Shown here piece by piece: positions 35,800 through 51,368 of a DNA stretch of 64,000 nucleotides. The first letter of the stretch is position 1, and the number at the start of each line of letters is the position of its first letter. The translations under genes were made by a program, and so were the position numbers. The DNA lies in assembly GCF_009914755.1 (NCBI RefSeq), contig NC_060930.1; one strand, 5' to 3'. Origin of the DNA: the human T2T-CHM13v2.0 reference genome, Homo sapiens. Under the pieces are notes generated by a model, which saw only the letters and a program-made list of their open reading frames with translations, was not told where the DNA came from and did no database searches.

Positions 35800-38234
35800 G
35801 AAATCCACCTGCCTTAACCTCCCAAAGTGCTGGGATTATAGTTATAGCCACCATGCCCAGCTGAGAGTCTGCATTTTTGACAAGCTCCCAGCTGAGGCTA
35901 TGGGTCCATGGATTGCATATTGAGTAGCAAGGGCTACAAGATCCCCTGAGGTTTATTCCCACCCTCTCAATTACCAGCCAAGTCAAAGCTCTTCCTTTTT
36001 CTTGCCATTTGTTCTGTTTTACCTGCTTTCTGTGTACAGCTATTTTATTTCACAGAATCAACCATGTCATATGGTAGAAAACCTTTCTCAGGCATGTGGA
36101 TTTGCATGGCCTTGGAAACATTCAGTAATGGGGAATTGTTGAACAACAAGGAAAAAATACTAGAGGGGGATGGTACTGTGTGGGTGGAGAAGGAGAGAGA
36201 GTGGTGGTGTGTGTGTGCACGCTGCAAGGGTGGGGTAGGGAGGAAAAAGGATATAATAGGTCTCACTGGAATGTGGAAATGTGTGTATGTAAAGAGACCT
36301 GTTAACTCATGTCTAAAATAGCATAACACCCCAGCATGGTTGGGCAAGTACAGTAGCAAAATGGAAAAAAAAAAAATCTAGGGAATGTCAAAGAATATTT
36401 TGGAATAATATAACCCCACTTCATGGTTTCTTTTCTCTTCTTTGCTGTTGTTGGTTGGATGTAGTTCTCTGCTGTTCAGAGTTTGCTCCGTTCCCTATCC
36501 TGTTTTGCAGGGATGAGGTGGAAGGCATTACAAAGGGAGAAATTTCTACTGTTTGTGGCCAAACAGTATTCAGGATGTCATTATTCCAGTTTCACTTAAG
36601 TCGTCTATCCAAAGTGTTATTATATAATTTATCTGCACAAATCCGATGTAACACCCTGACCTTCCTGACTTTGCTCTTTCTTTTTTTTAACCTTGTCTTT
36701 GTGCAGATTACACATTAATGGTGGAGAATTTTTTTCCCATTAAAAATAAAACTGCTTGAAATTTCACTTGTCAACTTTTCTCTTCATTTTAGTCACCCTC
36801 TCCCCATTTCAATTCTTCGGAGTCAGAAATTCCATAAGTATTTTATATTGTTGTTGTTAGTTTTCTCTTATTTATTAAATTGTTTTCCACAATTATGCAT
36901 TCTTTTACCAGCCTTTAGAGTACAAAGACATTTCAAAATAATGCAAATAACAAAATTTTAACTGATCAAATGGCAGTAAAAACACTTCAAAGAGTTTCCC
37001 TTGGAGAAGTTTTTTGAAAACATAATCTTTCACCAGAAAGCTCAGAAAATGTATGTTAGGCCTGTCTTTAACATCATTTTCTGTGATATCTTTTCTTCAT
37101 GATGGTAAGAAAAAGTATAGTAACTAAAACAAAGAAGACTGTTAGATGTATTGCAATTGTGATAAAACTCCAATGTTCAAATGCAGATTTTGTTTCGTTT
37201 CTCTGTTTCTCTATAGGGCTTACATTTCACATCTGCCTGTGCAGTTCTGTGGCTTAGACATCTCTGGAAAGTTTGTATTTGTTCAGAAGAAAGTGGCTTT
37301 TATGGAGATGTCACTGGAAAATGTTACTTTTGATTGCTTGGACTACTTAGGATTTTACGTATGTAAAGTGCCACATAATCCCATCAGTGGTTATTCCCCA
37401 TAAACAATTTCATGACTTAATTTATTATTGCTACATCCATTTTATAGATGGTAATACCGAGGAATGAGTTACAGGACAGTTGAAATTAGCACCTACAATC
37501 ACAAAGTTTTCCCAGACAGTTGTATAGTTTAAACTATAGACTGCAGAAGTGTTTCTTTGTGCCAAATATCTGATAAAAAGTGAAATATCTGGGGGCTCGG
37601 CATCTCTAGGGTTGTGTCTGGGTATGTAAAGGAAAAATGATATCTGAATCAGTTATATAATGTCATTGAGAAAAAAAAAATCTCTTGAAGTGGGAAAATT
37701 GTGGGTCCCATTGGCTCAATGGTCCTCCCTGGCAAACAAAATCTGCCAGATCATTGCTCAACTTGAATTTGTTTTCGTAAACATGGCTATCTGTTACAGT
37801 GCCACAAACAGCTGCCTTCCACGTTCTTTTAATTTTACTTTAAATCCTGAAAATGTGTCAATCAGATCTTAATGGTCACCTTAAGATTATACTGCTGTGA
37901 CCTCAGAGAACCAGACAGTCTATGCGTAGAATGAAGTGGGTAGAGGTATCTTGACCGTCCTGCTCTATTTGCCTACAGCCATTAGTATTGGCTTTAGAAA
38001 GTGTATTCTAGTGAATGAGCTGGTAGGATCAGTGTGCATTGCTGTTCTCGGGGGAATTTTTCATAGCCCTTCATCAAATGGTGCAGTATCAGAGGTTCTC
38101 AATGACAGCCGGACTCTTAACTTCAATAAGGACATAAGCAGCATGGGGCAGAGGACATAGAGAGGCAAAGGAGGGTTATGTCTTACTACAGTGCTCTTGC
38201 TGCTCCCTAACATGATGTAGGATCCTCAGTTCTT

Positions 38235-38362
38235 CCTCCCTGTCGACATCTGGATTTTAGTCGTGTAAGACCCATTTTGGACTTCTGACCGCCAGAACTG
38301 TAAGATAATGAAGTCACTAAGTGTGTGGGAACTTGTAACAGCAGTAATAGGAAACTAACCCA
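38235..38362 (+). mobile_element. MLT1-type LTR 3' fragment
   Basis: gacccattttggacttctgaccgccagaactgtaagataat...gcagtaataggaaactaaccca. Confidence 0.75.
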
Positions 38363-38865
38363 GGCACTTTTTGCCTTCATGGGCTCTTTCCTCCAGTGAA
38401 AAAGTAGAAAATTGTATTTTATGATCATGTTGGTATAAAGATGAGTATGGTATATATTAAAAAGGCTTTCTAGGCCGGGCGTGGTGGCTCACGCCTGTAA
38501 TCTCAGCACTTTAGGAGGCCAAGGCAGGAGGATCACAATGTCAGAAGTTCAAGACCAGCCTGGCCGAGATGGTGAAACTCCATCTCTACTAAAAATACAA
38601 AAAATTAGCCGGGCGTGGTGGCAGGCGCCTGTAATCCCAACTCCTGGGGAGGCTGAGGCAGAGAATTGCTTAAACCTGGGAGGCGGAGCTTGCGGTGAGC
38701 CAAGATCGCGCCACTGTACTCCAGCCTGGGTGACAGAGCAACACTCTGTCTAAACAAACAAAAAAACTTTCTTTGACCTAAAAGTTCCTTTTTTTTCTTC
38801 TGATTTTAAAAGAAATTAAAACATTTTCATGGGCACCTAAAAGTATCACGGCCTCTGAGCACGAT
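38363..38865 (-). mobile_element. ORSL-like hAT-Tip100 remnant interrupted by Alu
   Basis: ggcactttttgccttcatgggctctttcctcc...ttgacctaaaagttc...ttctgattttaaaagaaattaaaacattttcatggg; paralogous to 44353-44641. Confidence 0.65.
38473..38766 (+). mobile_element. AluSg-like
   Basis: full Alu with gaggcagagaattgc and ggccgagatggtg variants. Confidence 0.93.
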
Positions 38866-39197
38866 GTCAGGTGAGCCTCACGGATAGCTCTGCTCTGCGT
38901 AGGAGTTGCTCTGTCCAAATCTTCCCCACCATTCACCGCTCTGGATCTAGCATAGCCGGGTGCATGCCAACTGAGGGATTTCAGAGACACTGACCTCTCA
39001 TTCTGTTGTCTAGTTTCCTGATGTTTGAATGGGAGGGCACTTTACGTGGGTGGAGATATATATTTTGAGAAAGAAGAACTTATTCAGAGTGTGTCTTCAG
39101 TCGCATGACATCAGGATTGCCCCCTTACTATACACACAGTAACCAGACAATACATTCTAGTTGAGTGAAGAATTGTTACAAGATTTTTGTCTTTTAG

Positions 39198-39982
<785 letters not shown>

Positions 39983-42609
39983 TTATGTAATAGCATCCAT
40001 AGTTTGCAAAACACTTTCATGTACATTATCTCTTTTGATAATCTGTAAAGTCATGTAAGATCTTAGGAGGAAAAATGCTTTATATTTATATAAAAATATT
40101 AATAGTAACAGTGGTTTTAATTTTAGATAAATCATTTGTCATTTATAATTCTATGAAGAAAAATGCTATGAAAGACAATTATATATCTGACTTTTGTCAC
40201 TCTATAATTTGGCCTATGCTCTCAGATGTAAGCAAAAATGCAAAACAACATTTGTACTCCTTACTCATATATACTACTTTCCACACTTTGCCTCTGTGAA
40301 AAATGCTACATTTCAAGTTCATGACTACAAGCGTTAATGCTGTGAATTGGAAATTACAACATACCTCATTGCATACTCCATTAACTGTTTCCACTTCTCC
40401 AACAATCGGAAGCCAGAAAGGCTTGATTTCTAGCTAAAAAGCAAAGCGAGATTGAGGGAAGTTCAGAGACGCCATGAAGGAACTGGTGACCAGAGTCCCT
40501 TGCTGCTTATGGAACCCACAAGAATAAAGATAGCCGCTTTTCGGAATTACGATTCTAATTCAGGATTTGTGGAGTTTACTCTAATTTGGTGCTGTTCTGG
40601 AAAAGGCTATGTCGAAAAGAATTTGTTTCTAGAGATTTTCAGGAAAGTAGCCAATTCAAACTGCTCAACCCTGTGAGATCATTCCTGGCTGGTAGCAAGA
40701 ACTTTCTGTCATGTGGGGCTTGCTTGAGAGTGAAGAGTACCCGCATATCCACTGCTTCTGAATTCATACCTGTTGGGGCTTATATGCACACGTACACACC
40801 AGCATCTGGGTCTTCATACCCGCTTTTCACACTGATCGTGTGAACTGATTCACAAGCCTTCAAGTGTCCTAGTTAGACCAATTTAGTCCAGCTCTGAAAG
40901 AACAGATAGGTAAGATAGACTGTCACATTCCATCAAGTTAATTTCTAATTTCACAATTGAGGTTTTAATAGGACGTCTGGCCTATTAAGGTCTTTTACTC
41001 TGTTCAAGAGCAACCAAACACCGCTGCCAATTCTATCATTAAGATCAAGCTGCTGTTCAGCGACCCTCCCCTCGGCTGCCCTTCCGTCTTGGGGCCTTCC
41101 CAGCCTGCCTATGGTTAGGAGCCGTTTAAAAAGTTGCACTCATTCTAGTTACACCCTGCCACACCTCCAAGCCTGTGGATGATTTCGTCTGAGTTCCCAG
41201 CAGTCTTAAAGCTTTGCCAACAGCAGACGGAGGTATCACGCTGAGCTCTGTGGAGAGAAAGCTTTGCACTGTGCAAGTGACCCATTTGGCACCAGAGAGG
41301 GGGAGGGGAAGAGAAATCCTGATGGGCTCCAGGGACTCCTCATCCATCTACTTCTCCCCGGGATCCTCTCCTGGAGGGCTCTTGCAAACACAGTTGCCCC
41401 GCCACGGTGGAGGATCATCAACAGAAACCCACGAAACAAGGCCATGCCCCGTGGCACTCTGAGTCAGTCCCGTAGCGTGATTTACCAGCTCTCTGAAAAA
41501 AGAAATCTGCTAGGACCTGGGCTGGAACCGTAAGATGTAAAGATGTCAAGTTGAAAAACCTAGGGTGGGCCCAAACCTCCAACTCCCCAGCCCCGATTCC
41601 CACCCTGGGAAAATCATTCCAGTGTAAACATTTCTTTTTACATTTAGTATATCTGTGCAAGAAAAACTACTTTATTACTCAACATTAATAACATTCACTT
41701 TGAACCTTAATTCTGAAAACCACAGAATTTTTTAAATGCTGTAAATAGCTGACACGGGTGTTCTTCCCTTGCTTTCAAAGGAATTGTTTTTGTAATTACT
41801 GAGCAGGGTGAAGCTGAATTTCCCCTGCAGTAAACAGGAGAGTGTGTAATGAGATATCTTAACTAAAAACATTAATCATATTCAGATTAATTAATAATAG
41901 AAAACTTTCAGGACATTCTTAATGCTTTAAAAACAAAAAAGCTTTTATTTTTTGAAGTTGTTAGGTCTCCATTCTAGTTCTGAGTACAAATAAATGCCTG
42001 ACATATGGTCTAAGCCAAATTCCAAAATGTAGCAAAAACAGTGCCTGCATATTTGGCAGGAATTTAAACCAGTTCAGGTCAGTGTCTCTTTCTGCCCAAA
42101 GAAGAGTTTCTGCATTTGCACTGAGCTAGGAAAATAACACAGGAAAACATGGGGAACAACACGGAATATTGTAAGCTCCAGTACCCGGCTGGCCAAAGAA
42201 TAATGTTTGGGGCAACTCTGAAATTACCGCCCAGGCTGCAGTTTGGGTTTGCATAACGTCTTGGAGGACTGTGAGCAAGACAGAAAGTACCGATTGCATT
42301 GTTGTAAGGAAATTGCCTTCCCCCTTCTAAAGCTCTCACCTTGCAAATCACCCCCTCTTAGCAAAAGCACATCTTACTTGTTAACTCTTCCCCTGCTACT
42401 AACCTTTTCAATCATCCCCCTTCATCATTGCAGAATGGCCTTTGGAACAAAGCAGCATTTTAAAGCCTTTCCCACTAAAAGTTTGCCCCTCCCCCCCTTT
42501 AAAGAGGCAGTGTGGGGGTAATTTTCTTTCTTCCTTTCTTTTTTTGTGTTTTTTTTTTTGTTTTTTTTTTGTTGTTGTTTTTTAAATTTGTTTTTCTGCA
42601 GTGTACTCT

Positions 42610-42960
42610 TGTGAGGTTGTCATTGTTTGGGGGTTGATGGATATTTCTTCAGAGATACCATCATATCGCTTGTTATTGTAACACTTATTGGTGATAAAGT
42701 TCAGACTAAAAATTAAGCAGCTGCAATGTAGCAGCACAAATTAGTTTAATGTAAGCAGTCAGGAGCAGCTGGCTGGCTCAGGACTTGAATTTAGCTGTGG
42801 GGGGAAGGGTTCTGTGACGCTGATGTGTTTTTTTCCTCTACATAAACATTTTTGGCTGTTGCAGCTTTTGTGCTGATCATGTGACAGTGTCCCTAGGCAG
42901 ATAATTTATTTCTGTGGCTTTCATGAGCAATCATTAACCTTCAGACACCCAGTTTGCTTT
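42610..42960. promoter_or_regulatory. candidate enhancer (dense TF motif cluster)
   Basis: CAGCTG at 42718 and 42766, TCATGTGA at 42877 overlapping TGACAG, TAAACA at 42843, AGATAA at 42899, CATTGT at 42621, TAAT/ATTA sites; within a repeat-free block. Confidence 0.4.
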
Positions 42961-42973
42961 TGCTTTGTGGCAT

Positions 42974-43008
42974 TTATTATTATTATTTTATTATTATTAT
43001 TATTATTT
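42974..43008 (+). repeat. (TTA)n microsatellite
   Basis: ttattattattattttattattattattattattt. Confidence 0.8.
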
Positions 43009-44352
43009 TTCGTATACTAACTAGTTTAATTCAGAAAGTGTCAGGAGAAAATTACAACCAATTTACGATAGACTGCAATGCATAATACTTATGTTTCCAT
43101 TAAAGCAGACCTTGCTTATAAGACCATTCTCATAGCTTTGAGGGTGTTTGTGAATCAGGATAATTATTTTCAGTGTGTCTGTCGTTAGGATGCTCCTTTA
43201 GTATCCTCTTCTGATTGCCAGGCCTCTGCAAGCTGGCCTTGGAGAAACTCAATTTGGAGATCAACCTTTGGCAGTCTTCGTCTACTCGCTAGGAGGCTGG
43301 AACCCCAGAGGGGTTAGAAATTGGGCTTCTGGAGACAGGCACTACTTCGGTCCCTTCTTCCTTCAACAACTGACACGCCAGCCTTCAGTAAACAGTGTGG
43401 CCATTTGTAGTGAATAACTGGAGCTGGAATATATTGGGGTTGAAAAACAAAGGAAATTAGAAACAGTGTCCTGCATAAATCAGAAGGGGGTGGGGGACAG
43501 AAAAGTATCATTTCTGACATCTACTAATCATGCTGACCTGTTTTCTGAATTTATCTGTTTTGTCCTTCTCAGATCTGTTTGTGTTGCTCAGCCATTTCTG
43601 CCAACCAGTAATTCAGGAGTGAAATGCACAGGGTCACTCTTTGGTGTCTATCATACATGATATCTTCAGACACTTTCAGAATGCCGATTATCTCGTGGGT
43701 ATTGTGTGGGCCCTGTTAGATATTCATTTATTCATTCTCTCATGGTGCAGGGTTGGTAGGGGGAGCACTCGGGACTACTTGCACAGAGGGATTTGATAAA
43801 GTGTATTTATAAGCCCCAGTGTACTGTGTTTGGTGAAAAATAACAGAAAGACGTAACTCCTTTTCTGTTTTCTTCATTTAGAATATTCCAATCATGAGAG
43901 TTATTTCATAATTAATACATAGAATGCAGCATGAAAATTCAATGTTTCCAAATGTTTGATTCAAAAGCTAAAAAAAAAATAGGAGAAATTGATCATTATC
44001 ATTCTTTAAACATTTTAAAGCACCCTCAACAGACTAGGTACTACGTACGCTGAACGGGAAGAAGAGCTTGACCACTGAACGATAGAAATGAGGATGCCTC
44101 AGTAGCCGGGTGATCTTTGATGAGTGAATGCGTCCCATAGGTGTAATGAATGTGATAGGGCACAGAATGTTCTATGAGTTGCATTGTTGCTGGGGTGGGG
44201 GCAGGAGGGTGGGTAGGATATGGGAACTTCTTTGTCCTCACCCAAAAGAGAGGGATTTCTTTCCCAAACATAGGGCGCTAGCGTTCAGGAATTTTCTGTA
44301 CTTCTTCCTAATGTTATTTTCTTGCTCACTGGATTCCAGCTCACACAATTGT

Positions 44353-44641
44353 CAGCGCTGCATTATGACTTTTGTGGCTTGTCTGGTGGTAAGTGGTTCA
44401 CTTGCTTTGCTTTTGCCTTTGTGGGCCTCTTCCTCCATAAAAATATTGATAATCATATTTTATGACTGTATTGGTGTAAGATCATATAATCCAGGCTGGA
44501 TTCATGTTTACATATTCGTTATTATTATATAGTTTTTTTCTTATGATTTTAAATAAAATGAAAACATTGTTGTAAACCCCTAAAAGTATTGTGGGCCCTG
44601 GGTACTGTGCTTCCGATGTGCCTAAGGGAGAATTCAGCCCT
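44353..44641 (-). mobile_element. ORSL-like hAT-Tip100 element
   Basis: termini cagcgctgcattatgacttttgtgg ... cccctaaaagtattgtgggccctgggtactgtgc...cagccct match recalled ORSL consensus. Confidence 0.7.
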
Positions 44642-46360
44642 AAGGGTGGGCACAAACACACAACTGACCTTTGCCCAAGGTGAAGATACCCTGGGGGAAC
44701 AAAGCAAATAGGGTAGAGAAGTCGCAGTCTCTTTTCCTCAGGTTAAAGCATTCACAGTTAATTCCAGACACTCCCAGATTCGACTTTCTATGGGGGGGCC
44801 CTTCTGGGGAGCTCACCCTTATCCTGCCCTCTTCCCCCAGTGGTGGAGGCCACTCTTACAGGGCCCAGAAAATACAGCAGTCAGAGGTTTGGGGTTAATG
44901 GGAGGGTAGCTGGGAAGACACCTTGGAGAAGGAAAAGTTTAGACCCTAAAGGAAGGATAAATTGTAGATAATGGAAAAAAGGGGGAGGGAGTTTCCATGT
45001 CAAAGCAAAGTCTTGGGCAAAAGGTCAAATATTTTTCTGGTTTCATCCATAAGCTTTAAAATAGTCAACACCTGGCAGTTATAGAATAGCCCAGAAACCA
45101 CTGCCCTCTTCGCTGAGTGGATAGTTACTAAATTATAATGACTTTAAGCAGGTAGAGAGCTGGGGCCAAAGATGAGGTTCACCTAAGACACAGGAGAAAA
45201 AGTCAAAGTGATGTCTGTGGGAATCATCCCATTCATTTGTTCACACATTTGATTTTTCACCATCCTTTACTGAATACCATTTTCCAAACAGTATAGGAAA
45301 CTTCTCATGAGATCAAGCTTGAAAAGCCAGCCCTTGTTCTCAATGAGCTTAGTCTAGTAGGGCAAAGGAGTAGGAAAATGTAAACAGTTACTCTTAAATA
45401 TGACCAAGGCAATTAGAAAATTATATACTGGGGCAGAAGTAGCACTGAGCAAGGAGCTCCTGCCTCTTTCTTGGGATCAGAGAAAGTTTCATTTTGGAGG
45501 TGTGGGTTGAATTGTGTCTCATAGATGAATAGGTGTTCCCCAACTTAAAAAGTAAGAAAAGACATCCTAGGTAGGGAGATCAACATATGCAAAGAAGAGG
45601 TGAGAAGTTTGACAAATGCAGAGAACTCCAACAGTTTGTTATCACTGGACCTTTAAGTTTTCCCCTGGGGAATTTGGAGTTGTGGTCTCAGGCATGGTGA
45701 GATTGCAAAGGTAAGGTTTTTAAGCAGAGAAAGTCACAGTCACTTCACAGGGGCAGAGGATGAAATGCAAGGTAAAAGAGGGAAGAAGGAAGACAGGTTA
45801 GGAGCCCATTGTGATTAATTTCCATGCTAGATAATGAGGACCTTATTCAAGGTAGTGGGGATGAGGACAGAATGTGTTTATTTAGGCTGAGGACTGATGG
45901 GGTGTGTTTAGAAGGAGAAGGTTAAGATAACTCTCAGGTTTCTGGGACATTAATGGAGCTTATGGATACTGATGGAAAATTAAGATGGAGTAAAGAGATA
46001 GTTACAGTTTGATTTTCATTATTTACTGTAGTTACTTCTATAAAGTTGCCTAAAACACTGAATTAAGGAACATTAAACTACTGTTCTAGGGGAAATACAG
46101 GGTTAGGTTCCTTTGAGCCTCTGGTCACAACATTTTCATCAACTGATGATACATAACCTTATTTTATGTGTTTCTGTTTAAAGACACCTTATTTAATATG
46201 TATTGTTGATTCATTAACATCACAGTCACAGCTAAAAACACTATAACTCATGCCTAAATGAAGGTAACCCAACACATGCATTTTCTCTGCAAGACACATC
46301 ACACTCTTCATGTGCTTAGGAATACTAGAGAATATTTCAGCACTACGCTTGGGAATAGCA

Positions 46361-47015
<655 letters not shown>

Positions 47016-49034
47016 TAAAAAGTGAAATCCCCAGCAAAAAGCACAAAAATATGAAGAATGTGGCAATACATAGACTGCAGAAAGGACACTTGTTGACTGT
47101 GTAAGAGCTGAAAGAAGAAAGTAGAGCATTGCCTTGTTTGACCCCGCTTGGAACATGTGTGACCAACACACTACCCAAAATTTTCACTGCTCTCTGAATG
47201 TCTGGAAATGAGTGTGGAAACAGTGTGAGTTTTTATTTTCAGGTTTTCAAATAAATTTTAGGAAGGAGAAAAATTCACAAATGTGGGATCTGTGAATCAT
47301 AAAGATTGACTGTAATCGTTTGGAATTTGGAAATTTTGCTTTTGATATGCCTTGAAGACATGCAGCTGCAATGTCTTAGAATGAAAGTCGGGAGAGATGT
47401 TGAACTAGAAAGTAGATACTGACTTTGTGAGAGACCATGATGGAGTGTGAGATTATTTACATAACGTAAACACAGAGTGTCAGGATGGAGGAGGGGTGGG
47501 GAGGGGGTTGTTACAATGCTGGGGCAAGACTGGCAGGGTGCGTGAGGCATTAAAGGAGCTTTTGATCGTCAAGTGGTGAGTTTCTACCTGCGTTGCTTCC
47601 CTTCACATCTTGCAGTAGAATCTAGCGTTAGTTGAGCTCTGGCTGACATCCTTGTGAGAGGTCCAGGGAGCTGGATTCAAAATTACTACTGCAAAGGTCA
47701 CTTTTTGAGCTATGCTTCATGGAGAATAAAGTCTTCTAGAAGAGGAGCATGGGTCAGAACTCAGTGGAGAGGAGAGCTCTGGGAAGTGTCCACATCTCAT
47801 GCTCTGGGCTGCTGCCTTGGTAGGGAAAATGAGTGTGTCAGCTGCTCTGTCCTGGATCTCTTGTGTCCCCTTCACACTCACACCAACACAATGTCTTTGA
47901 GACATGTGACTTCAGAGAGCCATACTTTGGGGCCAGATGTCCTGCTGTGATGTTCTTTCTCCAGTTATAAGTTTCTGGTATTTCAAGCCAACCCCATTCT
48001 TTCTCTTCAAACCTCATAACCCACTCCCGATGTGGTCCTTTTGTCTGAGTCTATCTTTTCTCCACCATAATCTCATTCTCACAGATCCCTCTAACTAAGC
48101 TAAAATATTTAAGACAGAAAAATGAGTTAGATTTGGAACTCAACTGCTAAATACTCCTTCTTTCTTTCCTTTCCTCTGTGCTATGTGTTAGACACTGTGC
48201 TAGAATCTGCGTATGTGGTGACAAATGAACTAGGTGCAATTCCTGCACTCCTGCACCTTACAGTGTAGGACATACGATACAGTGAGAGGCAGGCTGAAGC
48301 CAGGACACCCCAGGGGTCAAGGCCCAGGTTGTGTCAGTATTTGCTGATGTAAGATTGCACAAGTCACTTTAGCTCTTAGAATCTCTTCTCTCACTTGTAA
48401 AACATTTGGATTTAGGTTTCTGGGTTCTTTTCTGCCCCTTTATGTTCAATGATTCTATAAAGTAAAATTCTCTCACGTTGCGTTTCAGGGTGGTGGCAAA
48501 TGTTATCTTTGAACTTGATTGTTGTAAGCAAGACTCAATCAAGATTGTCTAAGTTGCTGAAAGCTTTGAGCCACCAGCACTGTGTATGCGTATGCCCTGC
48601 AGAAAGTACAGGGTGATTGTCAATGCTTACCATGCAACTGTTGAACCCTGAAGTATTTGGATTCTGTAGAGAAATTTACTGAATTGAAGGGAAGATGCAA
48701 GCCTTGGGAAAAGGATTTGATAATACCTTGCACAATTTAACACCAGCTGGAGAGTAGATCCACCATTCCCATTGTTGTGCTTGGGTTTAACTGAATGACT
48801 GCATTTGAAAGCCACCGCTGTGCTGTTGTGAACAGTAGCAGGAGCTCATGTATTGTTCAGGGTCCCCAAGAACAACTTAGAGATATGAGAAGACCCTATT
48901 TGAAATACCGAAGTTGAGTTACTTTACCAGAGGCCAACACAGAGCTGAAAATCGGTCTCATGTGCAGTAATTTTTACATCGCACTCTGTGCTTTCTCACA
49001 TGCAGATCTAGTGAAAGCATGAAATGAAGCATGA

Positions 49035-49346
<312 letters not shown>

Positions 49347-51368
49347 TAAAAATTGTTTTTCAAATAAATATTAGGTAACACCCCAGCAGAGGCTGGTGGT
49401 TCCTCTACTATACAATGTACACCTGTGGTTCAGATTTTCACTCTCAGCAGACGAAAGCTTAGAGAGATGTTATACGTGAAAGAAGCTCACACCTGCAATG
49501 AATGGCTCAAAAACTTACAGGAAGAGTTTTACTACACTCTATTGTGTGAATATATTCCTCCTGCAAAGGGTATTTTTTTAAGGAAAAAAATTACATCCAT
49601 CACAAAAGATCCCCGTTTTGTTTGCTTTATGGCTAAAGAATGGTTCTATTTAAACTAGTCATCTATTATAAGACATTGAAGTTGAACCCACAGAGTGGGG
49701 CATGGCTCTTGGGGTTGGCATTGCCTTTGATTGGCCATGTGACCTTAGGCATTAGAATACATTTCTTTGGAACTTCCCCTGACTAAAATGTGCAGACAGC
49801 AGCAATTTCTATCCTTTTTTCTTACCCTATATGTTGATTACTATGTAGTAAAGTGGATGGAGTTCTTCAAGAGAAAGGCTTGCTTTTAGTACGGGCCCAC
49901 TGGGTCGTATTGATGGGATGCACCAGTATATTTAGAACTGTGATCAGAATTGAATTGAGTTACTAAAAAATGCAAGGCACTTAGACTCTTGGGAATACTT
50001 GATCATTATAAAATGTGGCCAAAATTGTAATGAAATTACTGCTTAGGCTTTTCGGACTTCAGACACTCTGGTCACCTCTGACAAAGAAGGGGCTCGAGTT
50101 CATGGGCATTCTCTTCTCCTGGCTGTTTTCTATAGTAAATTGTTTTACCTTTTTCCTTTCCAGACCTCTTGTTTCCTGCCTCTTGTTTTCTGCTTCCTCC
50201 ACTTCTGCTTCTTGTTCTTCTTTACTCAGTGTTCCTCTGCTACTCACACAAGTGAGGGAATCGGTATTTAAACTCAAACACTTGGGGTCTAAGGAGTCTG
50301 TGGGAGTCAAGTGACACAGTCTTTTGTTGGGACCCAGAGAAGGATTATATTACAACGTTCCAGTTCCCCAGGGAAAAGCTGAGTTTGCTATTCAGCGGTT
50401 TAATTAAGAAAGAGCTGATACTGAAGGTCATGTCTGAAGAGACAACAAACAAAACCCCAAAATGAACATCTTCTAGAATGCCAAGCCATTGTAAAGAGCA
50501 TACTATCAAAGTTGCAACACTCAGGAAATGCTGAGATAGTGTGGTTTCCATTATTAGCATTATTTTTTAAAAAGGTATGGGATATCTGTCATAAGGCCCA
50601 TATGTACAACTGGGTCTCTTGAGATTCAGCAGATGAGAGCTGCTAAATTTAAAAAGTTTGACTGAAATGTAAACATGGAGTTTTAAGAGAACACACTTTC
50701 ACTGAATTGAGAAAAACAGTGAGTTGTAAAAAATTAAATGAAATAATACTGAATCACTTGGATTTGCTTTTAAAGTGACATGAAATTTTTTTTTGGCGTA
50801 TTAATTTAATTTTAGGTATAATTCAACTTATTTCTCTTCTAAAAAATGTTTTAAGGTTTTCTTATCAAAAACAATGATAAGAAAGCACACTTTTTGGTTT
50901 GACAGTGAAATATGCATTCCACTATGAATCGACCATCACGGTAGGTGTGTTAATACCAGGTGAGCAAGATAGTGTTAGCCCCCCGGAGGCTTGCGATTCA
51001 GCCAGAAGAGGAGGTTGACAGACCATTACAGGAAGGAGGAGCAAGTCCTGGGAAAGGGGCTAGGACAAAGAGGTAAGACAACCCCAGAAGGGGCCATTAA
51101 CTTCAAAGGAGGCCTCCTGCGGAAGTGGCATATAATTGGAGATGTGCTCTATGGTAAATGCTACAATAGCAGCCTCAGCAAAAGCTACAGGATGGCTGAT
51201 GGGAGATTATTTTGCCTGCAAATGTCAAAGAGCCTGGGAGGGCCTTGAAGGAGGACAGAGTACGAAGGAGGCATTTGAAAGGGATGGAGAGCATGTGACT
51301 GCGCCCGGCCTGAAGTAAGCACATTTTTAAAAAACTTGCATTTTAAGTTTTCAATCAAATTTATCATA

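Noticed and set aside
42729-42751. TAGCAGCACA, resembling the miR-15/16 family 5' end
   Set aside because: No complementary star arm within pre-miRNA distance; the nearest tttgtgctg is about 130 nt away.
45099-45116. CTCF-like motif on the minus strand (GAAGAGGGCAG)
   Set aside because: The 5' half of the consensus mismatches at four positions.
50059-50310. E/K-rich minus-strand ORF (SKEEQEAEVEEAENKRQE)
   Set aside because: Arises from a CT-rich low-complexity tract, has a non-ATG start and no supporting exons.
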